Below, in pieces: positions 10,201-20,800 of a stretch of DNA of 64,000 bases. The stretch is from Vicugna vicugna (taxonomy: Eukaryota). Below the pieces are notes generated by a model, which saw only the letters and a list, made by a program, of their open reading frames with translations, made no database searches and was not told the origin of the DNA. The translations under genes were made by a program, and so were the position numbers. Numbering within the stretch: the first letter of the stretch is position 1; every line of letters begins with the position of its first letter. The stretch covers positions 248,001 through 312,000 of the forward strand of contig MU058365.1 in NCBI GenBank assembly GCA_013265495.1, given 5' to 3'.

Positions 10201-12442
10201 ATGAGAGCACTGACGCCCATAATAGCCACCTATCAGAGCTCCTATCGGTGAGGATTAAACTAGATAACGAAGAGCAAAGGAGTTGAAATTCGAGGCATAG
10301 TCACAGGAGCCTTCGCGGAAGAGGTGGTTCTTGGATATGGCTTTGAAGGATGGAGTGGGTCTGAAGAGGTGGAGGAGAGGATGGAACCACCTTAACAAAG
10401 GCTCTGAGGCTGAACTGTGGGCCTGATTGAGGGCTGTCCTGGCCACCAGTTGGTGTTCACCTGTCAGCACTGTGCTATTGCTCTGTTTGATCAGCCAGGC
10501 GCTCATCAAACTAGTATTTATTGACCTCTGCCTGCGTGCTTAGTCTGGTTTTCTATCAGGATGTACGACATGCACCCCTGTCCCACCCAGGCACCTCCCC
10601 GAAGTTGTAGTAAAGCAAGTCGGGGAATAACAAAGCCTTGCAAAAACTGCTCAGGGCGTAGGCTCCTCTGGAGTCCCGGAGCTCGCTAGACAGCCCCGAC
10701 TCCCACAGTTTCTCTGCTTGTCTGTCCCTGCCCCAGCTGGAAGCCTGTGGCAGAATATATCGACCAGCAGTTTGAGCAGTATTTCCGAGATGAGAGTGGC
10801 CTGAACCGCAAGAACATCCAAGACAACAGGGTGCACTGCTGCCTGTACTTCATCTCGCCCTTCGGCCACGGGTATGGTCCGAGCCTGAGGCTCCTGACGC
10901 CACCGGGTGCTGCCAAGGGAACAGGCCGAGAGCACCAGGGGCAGGGCTGCCACTAGCAGGTGGTCACAGATTCCTGTTCCCCAGGCTCCGGCCACTGGAT
11001 GTTGAATTCATGAAGGCCCTGCATCAGCGGGTCAACATCGTGCCTATCTTGGCTAAGGCGGACACACTGACACCTCCTGAAGTGGAGCGCAAGAAACGCA
11101 AAGTGAGGGAAGCTGGTGGGGGAGGGGAGCAGGTGGGCTTCTGGAAAGGACGGAGTCCCCAGAACTGTGGGCCCCTCATGTGTTTGTCAGATCCGGGAGG
11201 AGATTGAGCACTTTGGAATCAAGGTCTACCAGTTCCCAGACTGTGACTCTGATGAGGATGAGGACTTCAAATTACAGGACCAAGCCCTAAAGGTGGGGCC
11301 ACCCCAGGGCATCCTTTTCCCATCTTGTTTCTTCCGGGCAGAAGAGGGAAGTAGAATTCTATATAAGGGTGGGCTATTGGGGTGGAAGAGGATCCTGGTT
11401 TCCCAGAATGAAGCAGAGAAGATGAAGATATAGGTGGAAAGGAACAGGTGAGAATGAGGAATGTTGACAGGCACCCCTAACTTCTTCCAGGAAAGCATCC
11501 CATTTGCTGTCATTGGCAGCAACACTGTGGTAGAGGCCAGAGGGCGGCGAGTTCGGGGCCGACTCTACCCCTGGGGCATCGTGGAAGGTAAAGCTCTGAG
11601 CTTGTGACCAGGGTATCTCCTTGTCTTCAGCGGCTCTCCCCTACCCATGTCCCTGGCTGACCCCTAGCCTTGCTATGCAGTGGAAAACCCAGGGCACTGC
11701 GACTTTGTGAAGCTGAGGACAATGCTGGTGCGTACTCACATGCAGGACCTGAAGGATGTGACACGGGAGACGCATTATGAGAACTACCGGGCACAGTGCA
11801 TCCAGAGCATGACTCGCCTGGTGGTGAAAGAACGGAATCGCAAGTATGGCCGGAGGCCAGGACAGAGCTGGCAGGGGTGGGGTCTCAAGCGCAGCCTTGG
11901 GTGAGACCAAGCCCTTCCTTTGTTCTTCTACAGGCTCTGGGCTCAATCCAAGCAGGTGCTGGGGTCCCCCTAGCCTTACCAACCCCCCTTTCCCCTTCCC
12001 CTCAGCAAACTGACTCGAGAGAGTGGTACCGACTTCCCCATCCCTGCTGTCCCACCAGGGACAGATCCAGAAACTGAGAGGCTGATCCGAGAGAAAGATG
12101 AGGAGGTGAGAGCAGTCTGGGGTGATAGAGGTTGCCAGCCTGGGAGGTCCCCTGCTTAATCATAAACCTCAGTATCTCTTGGTTTGGGAATAGGAAGATA
12201 CCTGGCCCTGGTACATATCTGGATCCTGGACTGTGGATTAGTGGTTCTACCCAGGCACTCCATCACACCTCAGGGCTACAAAGGCCCTGGCTCAAGGGAT
12301 CAGAGGTCGGGGGTGTGGGGCACTTCCCTAACATTGTAAGACTCTCTGAAAGGCCTCATTTTGATACGTATGCGTATTCCAGCTACGGCGGATGCAGGAG
12401 ATGCTGCATAAAATCCAAAGACAGATGAAGGAGACCCATTAG
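4278..12442 (+). CDS. SEPTIN4: Septin-4, canonical isoform (MDRS... N-terminus), 477 aa
   Basis: Exons read from GT-AG boundaries: 4278-4337, 6428-6721, 7099-7192, 7612-7698, 8199-8322, 10737-10871, 10985-11102, 11191-11292, 11491-11587, 11681-11843, 12006-12105, 12383-12442 (TAG). They join in frame. Septin motifs: polybasic HRKSVKK, P-loop GESGLGKS, G3 DTPG, G4 AKAD, septin unique element (VRGRLYPWG...HCDFVKLR...HYENYR), C-terminal coiled coil. Confidence 0.97.
5883..5922. repeat. 12-bp tandem repeat x3 (cccccctgctgg)
   Basis: ggccccctgctggcccccctgctggcccccctgctggccc read directly. Confidence 0.9.
9148..9262 (+). mobile_element. tRNA-Ala-derived SINE (camelid Vic-1-like), lacking the B box
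   Basis: gggagggtatagctcaagtggtagag head, aattaacctaattacccc tail, TSD aaaactgcaaa at 9133-9143 and 9263-9273. Confidence 0.85.
9312..9460 (-). mobile_element. MER45-like hAT DNA transposon remnant
   Basis: ggccccttgttcaaaattttaagaatttcaagatggc...aaccaagcgtgggcccttctgag matches the reverse complement of the MER45A consensus as recalled. Confidence 0.6.
10737..10956 (+). CDS. SEPTIN4: SEPTIN4 ARTS-type terminal coding segment (exon 6 read-through into retained intron)
   Basis: Reading through the donor at 10872 gives [30 protein letters not shown], the 27-aa unique ARTS tail; 273 aa with the Met-only first exon. Confidence 0.85.
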
Positions 12443-12584
12443 TTGGCTTTCAGCCCTGGATATTTAAATCACCTCCTCTTAGTCCTGCCCATGCCGGCCC
12501 CTCCCAGCACCAGCTCTGCTCAGGCCCCTGAAGCTACTGCCACTTCGCCTTACATCCCTGCTGCCTCTCCAGAGACTCAGAGGA

Positions 12585-12590
12585 AATAAA
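12585..12590 (+). terminator. SEPTIN4 polyadenylation signal
   Basis: AATAAA ~140 nt after the stop, with GT-rich sequence downstream (ggtggcttctggtgtcactgtctgt). Confidence 0.85.
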
Positions 12591-13759
12591 GTTTAACAAA
12601 TCTATAGGTGGCTTCTGGTGTCACTGTCTGTATCTTTACCACCTCCTGGAGACTAAGAAGATCCTAGGACCCAGTTCCAAAAGGCGACTGCAGGAGTTGC
12701 TGGTTTCTGGCTTTTAGTAGGGAAGGGAGAGGAGGGATATCTTTCCCCTCCCATGACAGGGTTCAGTCCCTGCCTAGAATCCAGCCTGTCCTCTCCATCT
12801 TCCTGACTCTTCTGCCTCTGCTACCTAGAACCTGAGCCTCTCTCATCTTTCCTGCATACAGTACTGACAACTCTATAGAAGTTTTGGATCTGATATCTGC
12901 CCTTGGGGAAACATGGTGTTAACTGCATGCAACCTCAAGTTCCTGTTTCCCCTGATTTGGGGAAAGGGATATGCAGAATTAAGCTCTGCACTCTAGGAAG
13001 CCTGGGATAGGGTACTGAGGTTTTTTGAAACCTCTGTAATCGCCACACTATAGTAAGTGCTCAGAATGGATAACATACAGTCGTTATCCTGGAAGAGTTC
13101 AGTATTCATTTAGCAAACATTCATTATCTGCTACGTTGCAGACACTTTTAAACCTTGGAGTTAAAGCAAGGTTCCAGTTTTCTTGGAATTTACTAAATGT
13201 AGTAAAAGTTCCAGTGTTTCATAAAAGAGACACGTGAAGACATTTTGGCCCCGGGTTCTGGTATTAAAGTGTTCAGGCCCACTCCTGAACTGAAGCTATC
13301 GGTTGAGAATCTGAATCAATCTCTGTTTCTGTCGGGTTGGTGGTATCTCGGGGCCACGGCGACCTCCAGCGGCCACCCTCCACCCAGCTGCCTGCCCTGG
13401 CTCCCCGAGGGAGACGGTAAGGGAGGAGCCAAGAGCTGGATCCTCGGGAGAGTCCTATTCCCCACACCCTTTACAGACCAGCAGGTCGCAGCTAGCTAGT
13501 GGCAGTCTCAGATCCAGGTTTCCTATCTCTCCGGTGAGAGATCTTTACTCAAAACTGACGGCACCATTCATTCAGGGAATGAAGGACAGCAGAGTCGGTT
13601 CGCTGATGGAAAGTGAAGGAGGAAACCTTCGTCAAGGTGTGGAAGAAGGGAAAACCCTGCCCCCGCCAGTCAGAGAAGACCGAGACCTCCCTCCTCTCTT
13701 AGCCTTCAGGGTCTTTTCTCCTCTTCTGGCTTTGGGACGGGATGACCGCAGCGAAACTA

Positions 13760-14520
13760 ACGGGAAGTGGATTAACTGAGGTGCCACCCGGGATCTATTT
13801 GAGAAGTACTCCGAGGCGGGGTGGTCACCGGAAGTGGCGGTAAGGCCTGTTTCCCTACAAGGCCCCGCCTTCAATTGCGCTACCAGCAGGCGACAGACCG
13901 CCCCCACTTCCGGCCCCTGGAGCCTTAGCCAGCAGTCCCCCTTTTATTGCTCTCCCATTGGCTGCCGCAGGGACGCGCTGTGATTTCCCATTGGTCGCGT
14001 CTCCTCTCTGGCGCCGCGCCTCCTCCCTCCAGGTACAGTGTCGTCTTCCGGCACCCGATAGGCTAAAGGCTGGGAGGGCGTCTGCCCCACTTGACCAATG
14101 AACAGCGTAAAGAGTGAGGGCGGCGGCTGCGTGGTGGGGGCAGGGCGGGACTTGGTGTGGCTATTGGCCAGGGCGGGCACAGACCAGAGATACGATTGGT
14201 TGGGGAGAGGGGCACCGCGGTGGGGTCGGAGCTGCGCGGCCTCAGCAGCTGCAGGAGACGGAAGTGGTGAGAGCTCGGCCTCGGAGGGTCGGGCGGACGC
14301 CGCCTGGGTGAGTCACCGTGCCCCGTGCACTGCCAGTCTGGGAACCGCGACTACCGCGTCTTGCCCGGCTCCGCCCCGGCCTCACCGGCTTTCGTGGGCT
14401 CCGCCTTCTGTCATTCGGGGCTCCGCCTCCGAGCCTTTAGGCCCCGCCCCTAGAACCTGGGCACCTGGGCTCTCCTGTCAGCCTGGCCCGCCCCCGGCGG
14501 CCAGATCCCCTTGGTTCGGG
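13760..14520. promoter_or_regulatory. MTMR4 distal promoter CpG island with non-coding exon 1A (donor after 14307)
   Basis: CpG-rich; ETS motifs ACCGGAAGTG 13827-13836, CACTTCCGG 13905-13913, ACGGAAGTG 14258-14266; five CCAAT/ATTGG boxes; donor ctgg|gtgagt at 14307/14308. Confidence 0.8.
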
Positions 14521-15430
14521 AACCCTAGGCCTCCCAGACCTGGTCCTTATCTCTCCCTCCCTCCGTTTCCCTGAGGCTGCGTGCCAGTGGGCGGTGAGGC
14601 AGCACCTCTGGCTTGCCGCTTGCTGGCTCCCCCATGAGGAAGGGTGGGCTGTGATCAGGGAGGCAGGTAGGACCGCAGATGGAGGCTTTTATCCCTGCAG
14701 CCTTCCGCGGAGCTGCCCCTGAGCCCGGATAGCAGGCATGAAGAAAAGTGTCAGTTTAATCTGGGCCTGGCTCCCTAAGTGGGCCAAGGAGGTCCATCCT
14801 GACATTTCTATTGCTTGGGCCTTTGACAGGTACTTACTCCGGCCCCTGTGTGGCCTGATTCCCTGTTGTGTGGTCTCCTCCAGCTAACCTGTACTCCACT
14901 TGGTGTCAAGTACACTGAGCAGCACATGTCCAGACCTGCTGCCTTCTGATCACAGTTTGTGGTCCCCTCCCTCTTGTCCTCTGCTCTGGACTCTGCCCCC
15001 AGTAAACAAGTCAGGTGGGTGCTACTCCCAGACTCAGAGGCTGGCAGAGCACTCCTGTGGATTCATATCCCCACCAGGGCTAGAAAGTGAGTCTCTGTCT
15101 CTTTGGAGTTGGCAGTTCTTTTGCTCACTCACAAAGACCAGGGTTTGGGGTGTTTTACTTCTCCTTCTGGGATTGGGAATCAGGACTCTTGAGTCCTGTT
15201 GCAGAACTTTATGGCTGATTCCATGCCCTGCAGAATTACTTGTTGCTTTCTCCCCATGTAGCTCCCATTGCCTCTGTCTGGAAGGGTGACTTGTGGAGAG
15301 GCTGGATTCTCTGCCAGGGAGGTGAATGAGAGGGTTGAGGGGAAGTTCAGGAGTTGCTGTGTAGCATTTGTTGATTCTATGGTGATGTTAATGGTGCTCT
15401 TTACTCTTATGTTTGTCTGTCTCTTTACAG

Positions 15431-15469
15431 TGAGAAGCAGGCAGCCAGGACCCTCACCACGGTAGAATG
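15431..15469 (+). CDS. MTMR4: MTMR4 exon 2A: 5'UTR plus initiator ATG only (15467-15469), giving the MGEEGPP... isoform of 1196 aa
   Basis: ctctttacag| acceptor and agaATG|gtgagt donor; phase 0 into GGT GAG GAG at 19111. Confidence 0.8.
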
Positions 15470-17279
15470 GTGAGTACTCTCTCTTTCCTCAGACCACAGT
15501 GTTTTTTGTAATCCTCGTGTCTTTCTCCATGAAGCTGCCCCGCCCCTCCTGGACCTTGAGCTCCAGGCGACTCTGTTCAGCTCCTAAACAGGTTAATCTG
15601 CCCTGGAGATAAATTAGGGTTTCTTTAGCTTGCAAAACATCAGCCAAAATACAGCACTGGGACAGGAAGCCTCTGGAAGTCTTTTTCTACACCTGCTATG
15701 TCAGGCCTTCCCCACACTACCACTGGCTCCCTTAACCCTACATAATGGCCCTTCTCTTACTTTTCTTGGGTCAAAGCTTTCTGTTCTGGTCTGAAAAGCC
15801 AGGCTTCCTTTATATCAAGATCCTTATACTTCCTAGTGCACCCCTTTAATATTGTAGGTGCTGTGTCAGGAGTGACTCCACTAAAAGTGTGGAGCTTCTC
15901 CAGTTCCAAGGTGTTGCTGTCCATTAAGCTACTGCAGGAGACAGCTGACTGGATATATAGCAGGACAGCACCCTTAAGATGCCCACAATATCACTGGGGC
16001 CAGTGTGTGTGTGTGTGTGTCCATTAAAATGATCCCATAAATTTTCCACCAACTGTGACTGCCTTTCTCTCACTCCAAATTCAGGGAACCCCTTAATCAT
16101 TGAGAGCTAGGAGGAGGAAACAGTGAGATGAGAAGAGAGTGGGGAGCTGCAGGCCCTGGCCCTGACCAAGCCCTTGCTCTGATTGTATCTCTTTGGTTCT
16201 TTCACATGTCCCCTTGTGCTTAGGGACAGGTCAAGGCATTCAGTTGGTGAGAGGACTCACTCTTTCCCTCCATAGACATGTGGGTGTGTGGTGTGTGCAG
16301 TACTATTCTTGTCTCTTCTCAGAAAGCCTGCTGGTCCTGGCCCCCACCAACTGATAGCTCCACTCCCTTTTCTTTTCTATGATACCCTGAAAAGGGTCAG
16401 CCTAGTCTGATTTTGAATCCTAGCCCACCACTTAAATACTTTAGGTGAATTGCATACTTTCTCTCTAAGCCTGAAGTCTCACTTCTTGGGGAGTTGAAAA
16501 GTTTTAGTGAGATAATGCTGGAAACATGTCTGGCTCATAGTAAATGCTTAATAAAATGTTAGGTTTTTCTCCCATTCCTCCCTTCCCCCAAGACCAAAAC
16601 CAAAACAAAAGCCCTGGTTCTGGAAGTTACCAGGCACAGGGAGTGTGGAGTTCCAAACAGTTACTTCTGTGACTTTTGGTGACATTTTGAGCCTCTTACC
16701 ATGTTCCTTATTCTTTAGCCCTCTACCGCCATCCCCCTACCCTTGTCCCTCCATCCCCCTACCTTTGGGTTTTGAATTTGGTTTTCACATAGCTTCTGTG
16801 GCCCATAGTTCCAGCTCTTCTCTTGCCTAGCCTAAGAAATTCTTTCTCTTCCAAGAAGGACTTTCTTACCCAGAAGACAGAGGATGTGAAACAAGGGGAG
16901 AGATGGAGCTGAAGGGTAGGACTGGGCATGGACCTTGGACCAAAAAACCCCACAGAATTTCCCTTTCAGGAGTGTGGAACGACCAAAATGGCACTAGACC
17001 AGTGTCCATTCTAAGGGGCAAAAAGAGAGTGGGCTTGGGTGAAGTCAGGGGATTGGAGGTCACTGATGGACAGGGGTATGATGGGTTTTGGAGGGAAAAG
17101 AAGTCTTGAAACTGGAAAGGGCCTAGGGTGGAGGGAGGTGAGCTCCATCTTGGGAATCAGAACAAGTACTGGGGGAACTCAAAGTGGAGGGGAGGGCGTG
17201 GGGACGGGAGTGTGAAGAGAGAAAAGAGAGGTATGGGGTGGGTCACGTGTAAAGATAGGAACTGAAAAGATGTAGGCGG

Positions 17280-17800
17280 TCTCTCCGCCTCCACCTGGGC
17301 TCCTGAAAGCCCCTAGACGTCCCCTGAGGACGCCCTCCCACGCGGCCGAGGGGGTGCGGGGAGGGAGGAGTCCGGGACGGTGGGCGGGGCCCCGAGAACC
17401 CGCCTCGCCCCCGCCTTCCCCGCGCGGTCGGGGCGCTCCCCTCTCCGGGCTCCCCTCCCTTCCGCGCTCGTGCCGGAGGGCGGAGCTGGGCTCGCTCCAT
17501 TGTGGCCAGGAGGGGAGAGGCGCGCGGGAGCCGCGCCGAGGCCCCGCCGCCCGCGCTCGCCCCCTGGCCGCCGCGGCTGCACCTGGCCGGCCCCGCAGCC
17601 GGAATGCGGCGGGCGCCCGGCACTGGCGGGCAGCGCAGCGGCTCCGGGGACATGTGCGCTGGCCCAGACCGCCCGCGACCATGAGCCTGACCGCCCGCGT
17701 CTCCTGCTCCATGCTCAGCTGCTTCGTAAGTGCCGGCCCCGCCTGCGGGGGCCTGGGCCCCCAACGCTTGCTGCACCCGCAGCCCCGCCCAGTGCCAGCC
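17280..17800. promoter_or_regulatory. CpG island, MTMR4 proximal promoter (exon 1B)
   Basis: Very high CpG/GC content with GC boxes upstream of ATG 17681; boundaries approximate. Confidence 0.8.
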
Positions 17801-20800
17801 CTAGAGATTCCGAATTTTAGCCCACCCCCTTCCCAAGGCCCCTGCCGGGGGAGGGGATATTATTCCTTTTCTTTCTTGGACTTGCTTTAATCTTCGGGTG
17901 CCCGGGATTGTCCAAGACTGGGGATGGAAATTCTGTGACCCATCTTGGCCCCGAAGCCGCTGCCCTTGACTGCAGATCTTCAGGCTCCGCCCTGCAGGGG
18001 TACATCCCTTTACCTCCGCCTCTCCATCTTGGTCCCACCCGCTGCATCCTTGCTTGGGGATGTGGGATGTGGCTTGTAGGACGTCTGGGATGTTAGGGGG
18101 CTGGTCAGGGAGCACAGGATGTCTGAGCTGTCTCCTAGACTCCAGTCCCCTCCCCCTTCTACCCCTCCATCCCTCACCTGACATGCCAGTCTTTTCTCCT
18201 TGACTGTCCCCCAGACAGCCTCTCTTCTCCATCTTCCCTGCCTCTGCAGGCTTCCGTACCTCTGCATCATTCCCAGTTCTCCCCTCCTCCCTCTCTGGCT
18301 TAATGCTCCTTCCCAGCTTCCCCCATCTGTCCTCTCACCTGTTCCCACCCCTCCCCTGCGGACCCCCCCTCTCCCCTGGCTGTCCTTGGGTCTCCTGGTT
18401 CTTCCCAGGTGCGTGGATCCCCTCTTCTCCCCTCCCTGGTGGTTGGGAAAGGAGTTACTTCTGCTTGCTGTGGGTATTCCTTAGGAATTCCCCTCAGATC
18501 AGCAGGCAGGGCAGGTTGCATCGCAGGTGGTGGGGGCTTGTTAGCCATGTGGGCCTAACTGGCGGATAAGCTCAGCTCCAAAACACATCCTCCTTTTGAA
18601 AGCATCCATGAAGGCCCTCTAGAGGCATGGGACTGAATCCCGCAACCCACTCCTCTTTGTCTCCTTCACCCACCAGAATGAAGCCTCGGTGGCCTAAGGG
18701 GCCTGCGTTCCCTCCTCTTTCTGACCATTTGTCACACCTGGTTCCTGTTCCTCAGGGCACACTTCGCATTCCCACTTCCGTCTCACTCTTACATTCGCCT
18801 TTCTTTCCCTTAGTTTTCTGTCTCTCCTCTTTCATTTGGGAAACTTTGGCCCTATAGGAGATTCCCTCTTTGAAGGGCATAGATTCCCAGTTCCTCTGTG
18901 GACCTTACTCTTCCCTTAGGCTTAAGAGGCTCAAATTCCCCCTTTACTTCACCCCTCCCACCAAGCCAGGTCTCTCTTCCCTCCTCTGGTGACCAGAACC
19001 TTTATAAGCGTGTGTGGGGTGCATGTGGGTTTATGGAGGGGAGGGGAGCAGAGTGAGGCCTAATGGGCCAGGTAGAGCCTGGTGACTTAGGGCTGAGGCC
19101 TTCCCCACAGGGTGAGGAGGGGCCCCCCAGCCTGGAGTACATCCAAGCCAAGGATCTGTTCCCCCCAAAGGAACTAGTGAAAGAGGAGGAGAATCTGCAG
19201 GTAAGGAAGAGCTGGGGGCCCAGGGTGGGTAGAGTTCTCTGCCTGATTAACCCCCCTGCCCAGTCTCTCCAAGGGGATCTTGTCTGGGAGCTCTGGCTTC
19301 CTGCTCCTCCGTCTCTGGAGGAAGGGGAGTCTGTCCGGGCATTATGGAGCCTTTGGCCCCAGGGAAGGAAAGGCAGCTTTCCTGGGTAGCTGTTGCCTGG
19401 TGCCGTTACTGTGAACACGCTTGTCCTGCCTTGGCCCAGCCTTTCCAGAGGGGATCCTACAGCTCAGGGATTGGGGAGGGGAATGGAGGGGTGACTCACT
19501 TCTGGACTGAGGGTCCCTCTGCCCCTCGGCAGGTGCCCTTCACAGTGCTGCAGGGTGAGGGAGTGGAGTTCCTGGGCCGCGCGGCCGATGCCCTGATTGC
19601 CATCTCCAACTACCGGCTGCACATCAAGTTCAAGGACTCTGTCATCAACGTGAGTTCCTGTCCTGTTCTCCCACACCCCAGCCAGAATTCCTGTGAAGTT
19701 CAAGGTGGGATTGCTCCAGTTCTCTACTCGATCATGTCTTCAGAGAGTTGGGGTTCCTTTCTTTTTCATACTAACTTTCTTCTAGCTGCCGGTCTTTCTG
19801 TCTCTCTCACTTGTTTTCCCTCCCCTCTCCTCTCTTTCCCTCACTCTGTTGCTGGCCCTTCTAGGGGCAGCACCGTGGCTTTGTTGGAAGAGTGCCACTT
19901 AGCAACTGTGTGACCTTGGTCAAGTCACCCAGCTGAGGTACCATTTCCTCGTTAATAATATGGTGTGAAAACACCTGTCTAGTGGTTTCTTGCGCCTATT
20001 AATTGGGGTCACATATATAGGGGACCCAGCACAGTTACCTTGCACCTAGCAGGCCCTCAGTAAGTGTCAGTTTCCTTCCTTCTGTTGATAACCTCAGCAT
20101 CTGGGTCGGGGTGGGGATGAGGCATGATGTGAGCTTGGGGGTCTGAGCTTCAGTCTGCTCTTCCTCTTAAGGTCCCGCTCCGGATGATCGACAGCGTGGA
20201 GAGCCGTGATATGTTCCAGTTGCACATCACCTGCAAGGACTCCAAGGTGGTGAGGTGAGCACAGCGGGGCCTTGCTCAGGTCCTCTGGGCCTAGTCTTTT
20301 CCAGGCTTCTCTGCTGCGGGGCTTCTCTGGAGCAAGAAGGAAAAATAGTGCCTCTCTTTCCCCTGTTTGGAAGAAAAAGAGGTCAGTTTTCTGACCTACC
20401 CACAGTGTCCTGACCTAAAGAAATGGTGATGATGCTCTCGGGGTTGGCGTGAGGATTAAATGAGATGCGTCTGGCAGCGCCGAGGGTGGTGTCTGGCACA
20501 GAGCACTCACATCATTGTTGGTTCATTTATTTATTCATTTAACACGAATTTATCAAGCACTGTACTCTATGTCGGACTGTTCTAAGCACTGGGGAGACAC
20601 CAGGGAACAAACTTCTCTGCCCTCGTGAAGCTTATATTCTAATGGGAAGAGAACAGCAGTAAATAATGAGTAAGATATGTTAAATGTAATGTAAAGGTGA
20701 AAAATAAAGCAGGGAAAGGGCATATGGAATGCTGTGAGGGTGAAGGTTGTAGCTTTAAATGAAGCGATCAGAGAATGCTGCACCGAAAAGGTGACATTTG

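Noticed and set aside
11844..11904. Second ARTS-like read-through tail ([19 protein letters not shown])
   Set aside because: The shared YG start simply reflects the GTATGG donor; a 20-codon open stretch is expected by chance.
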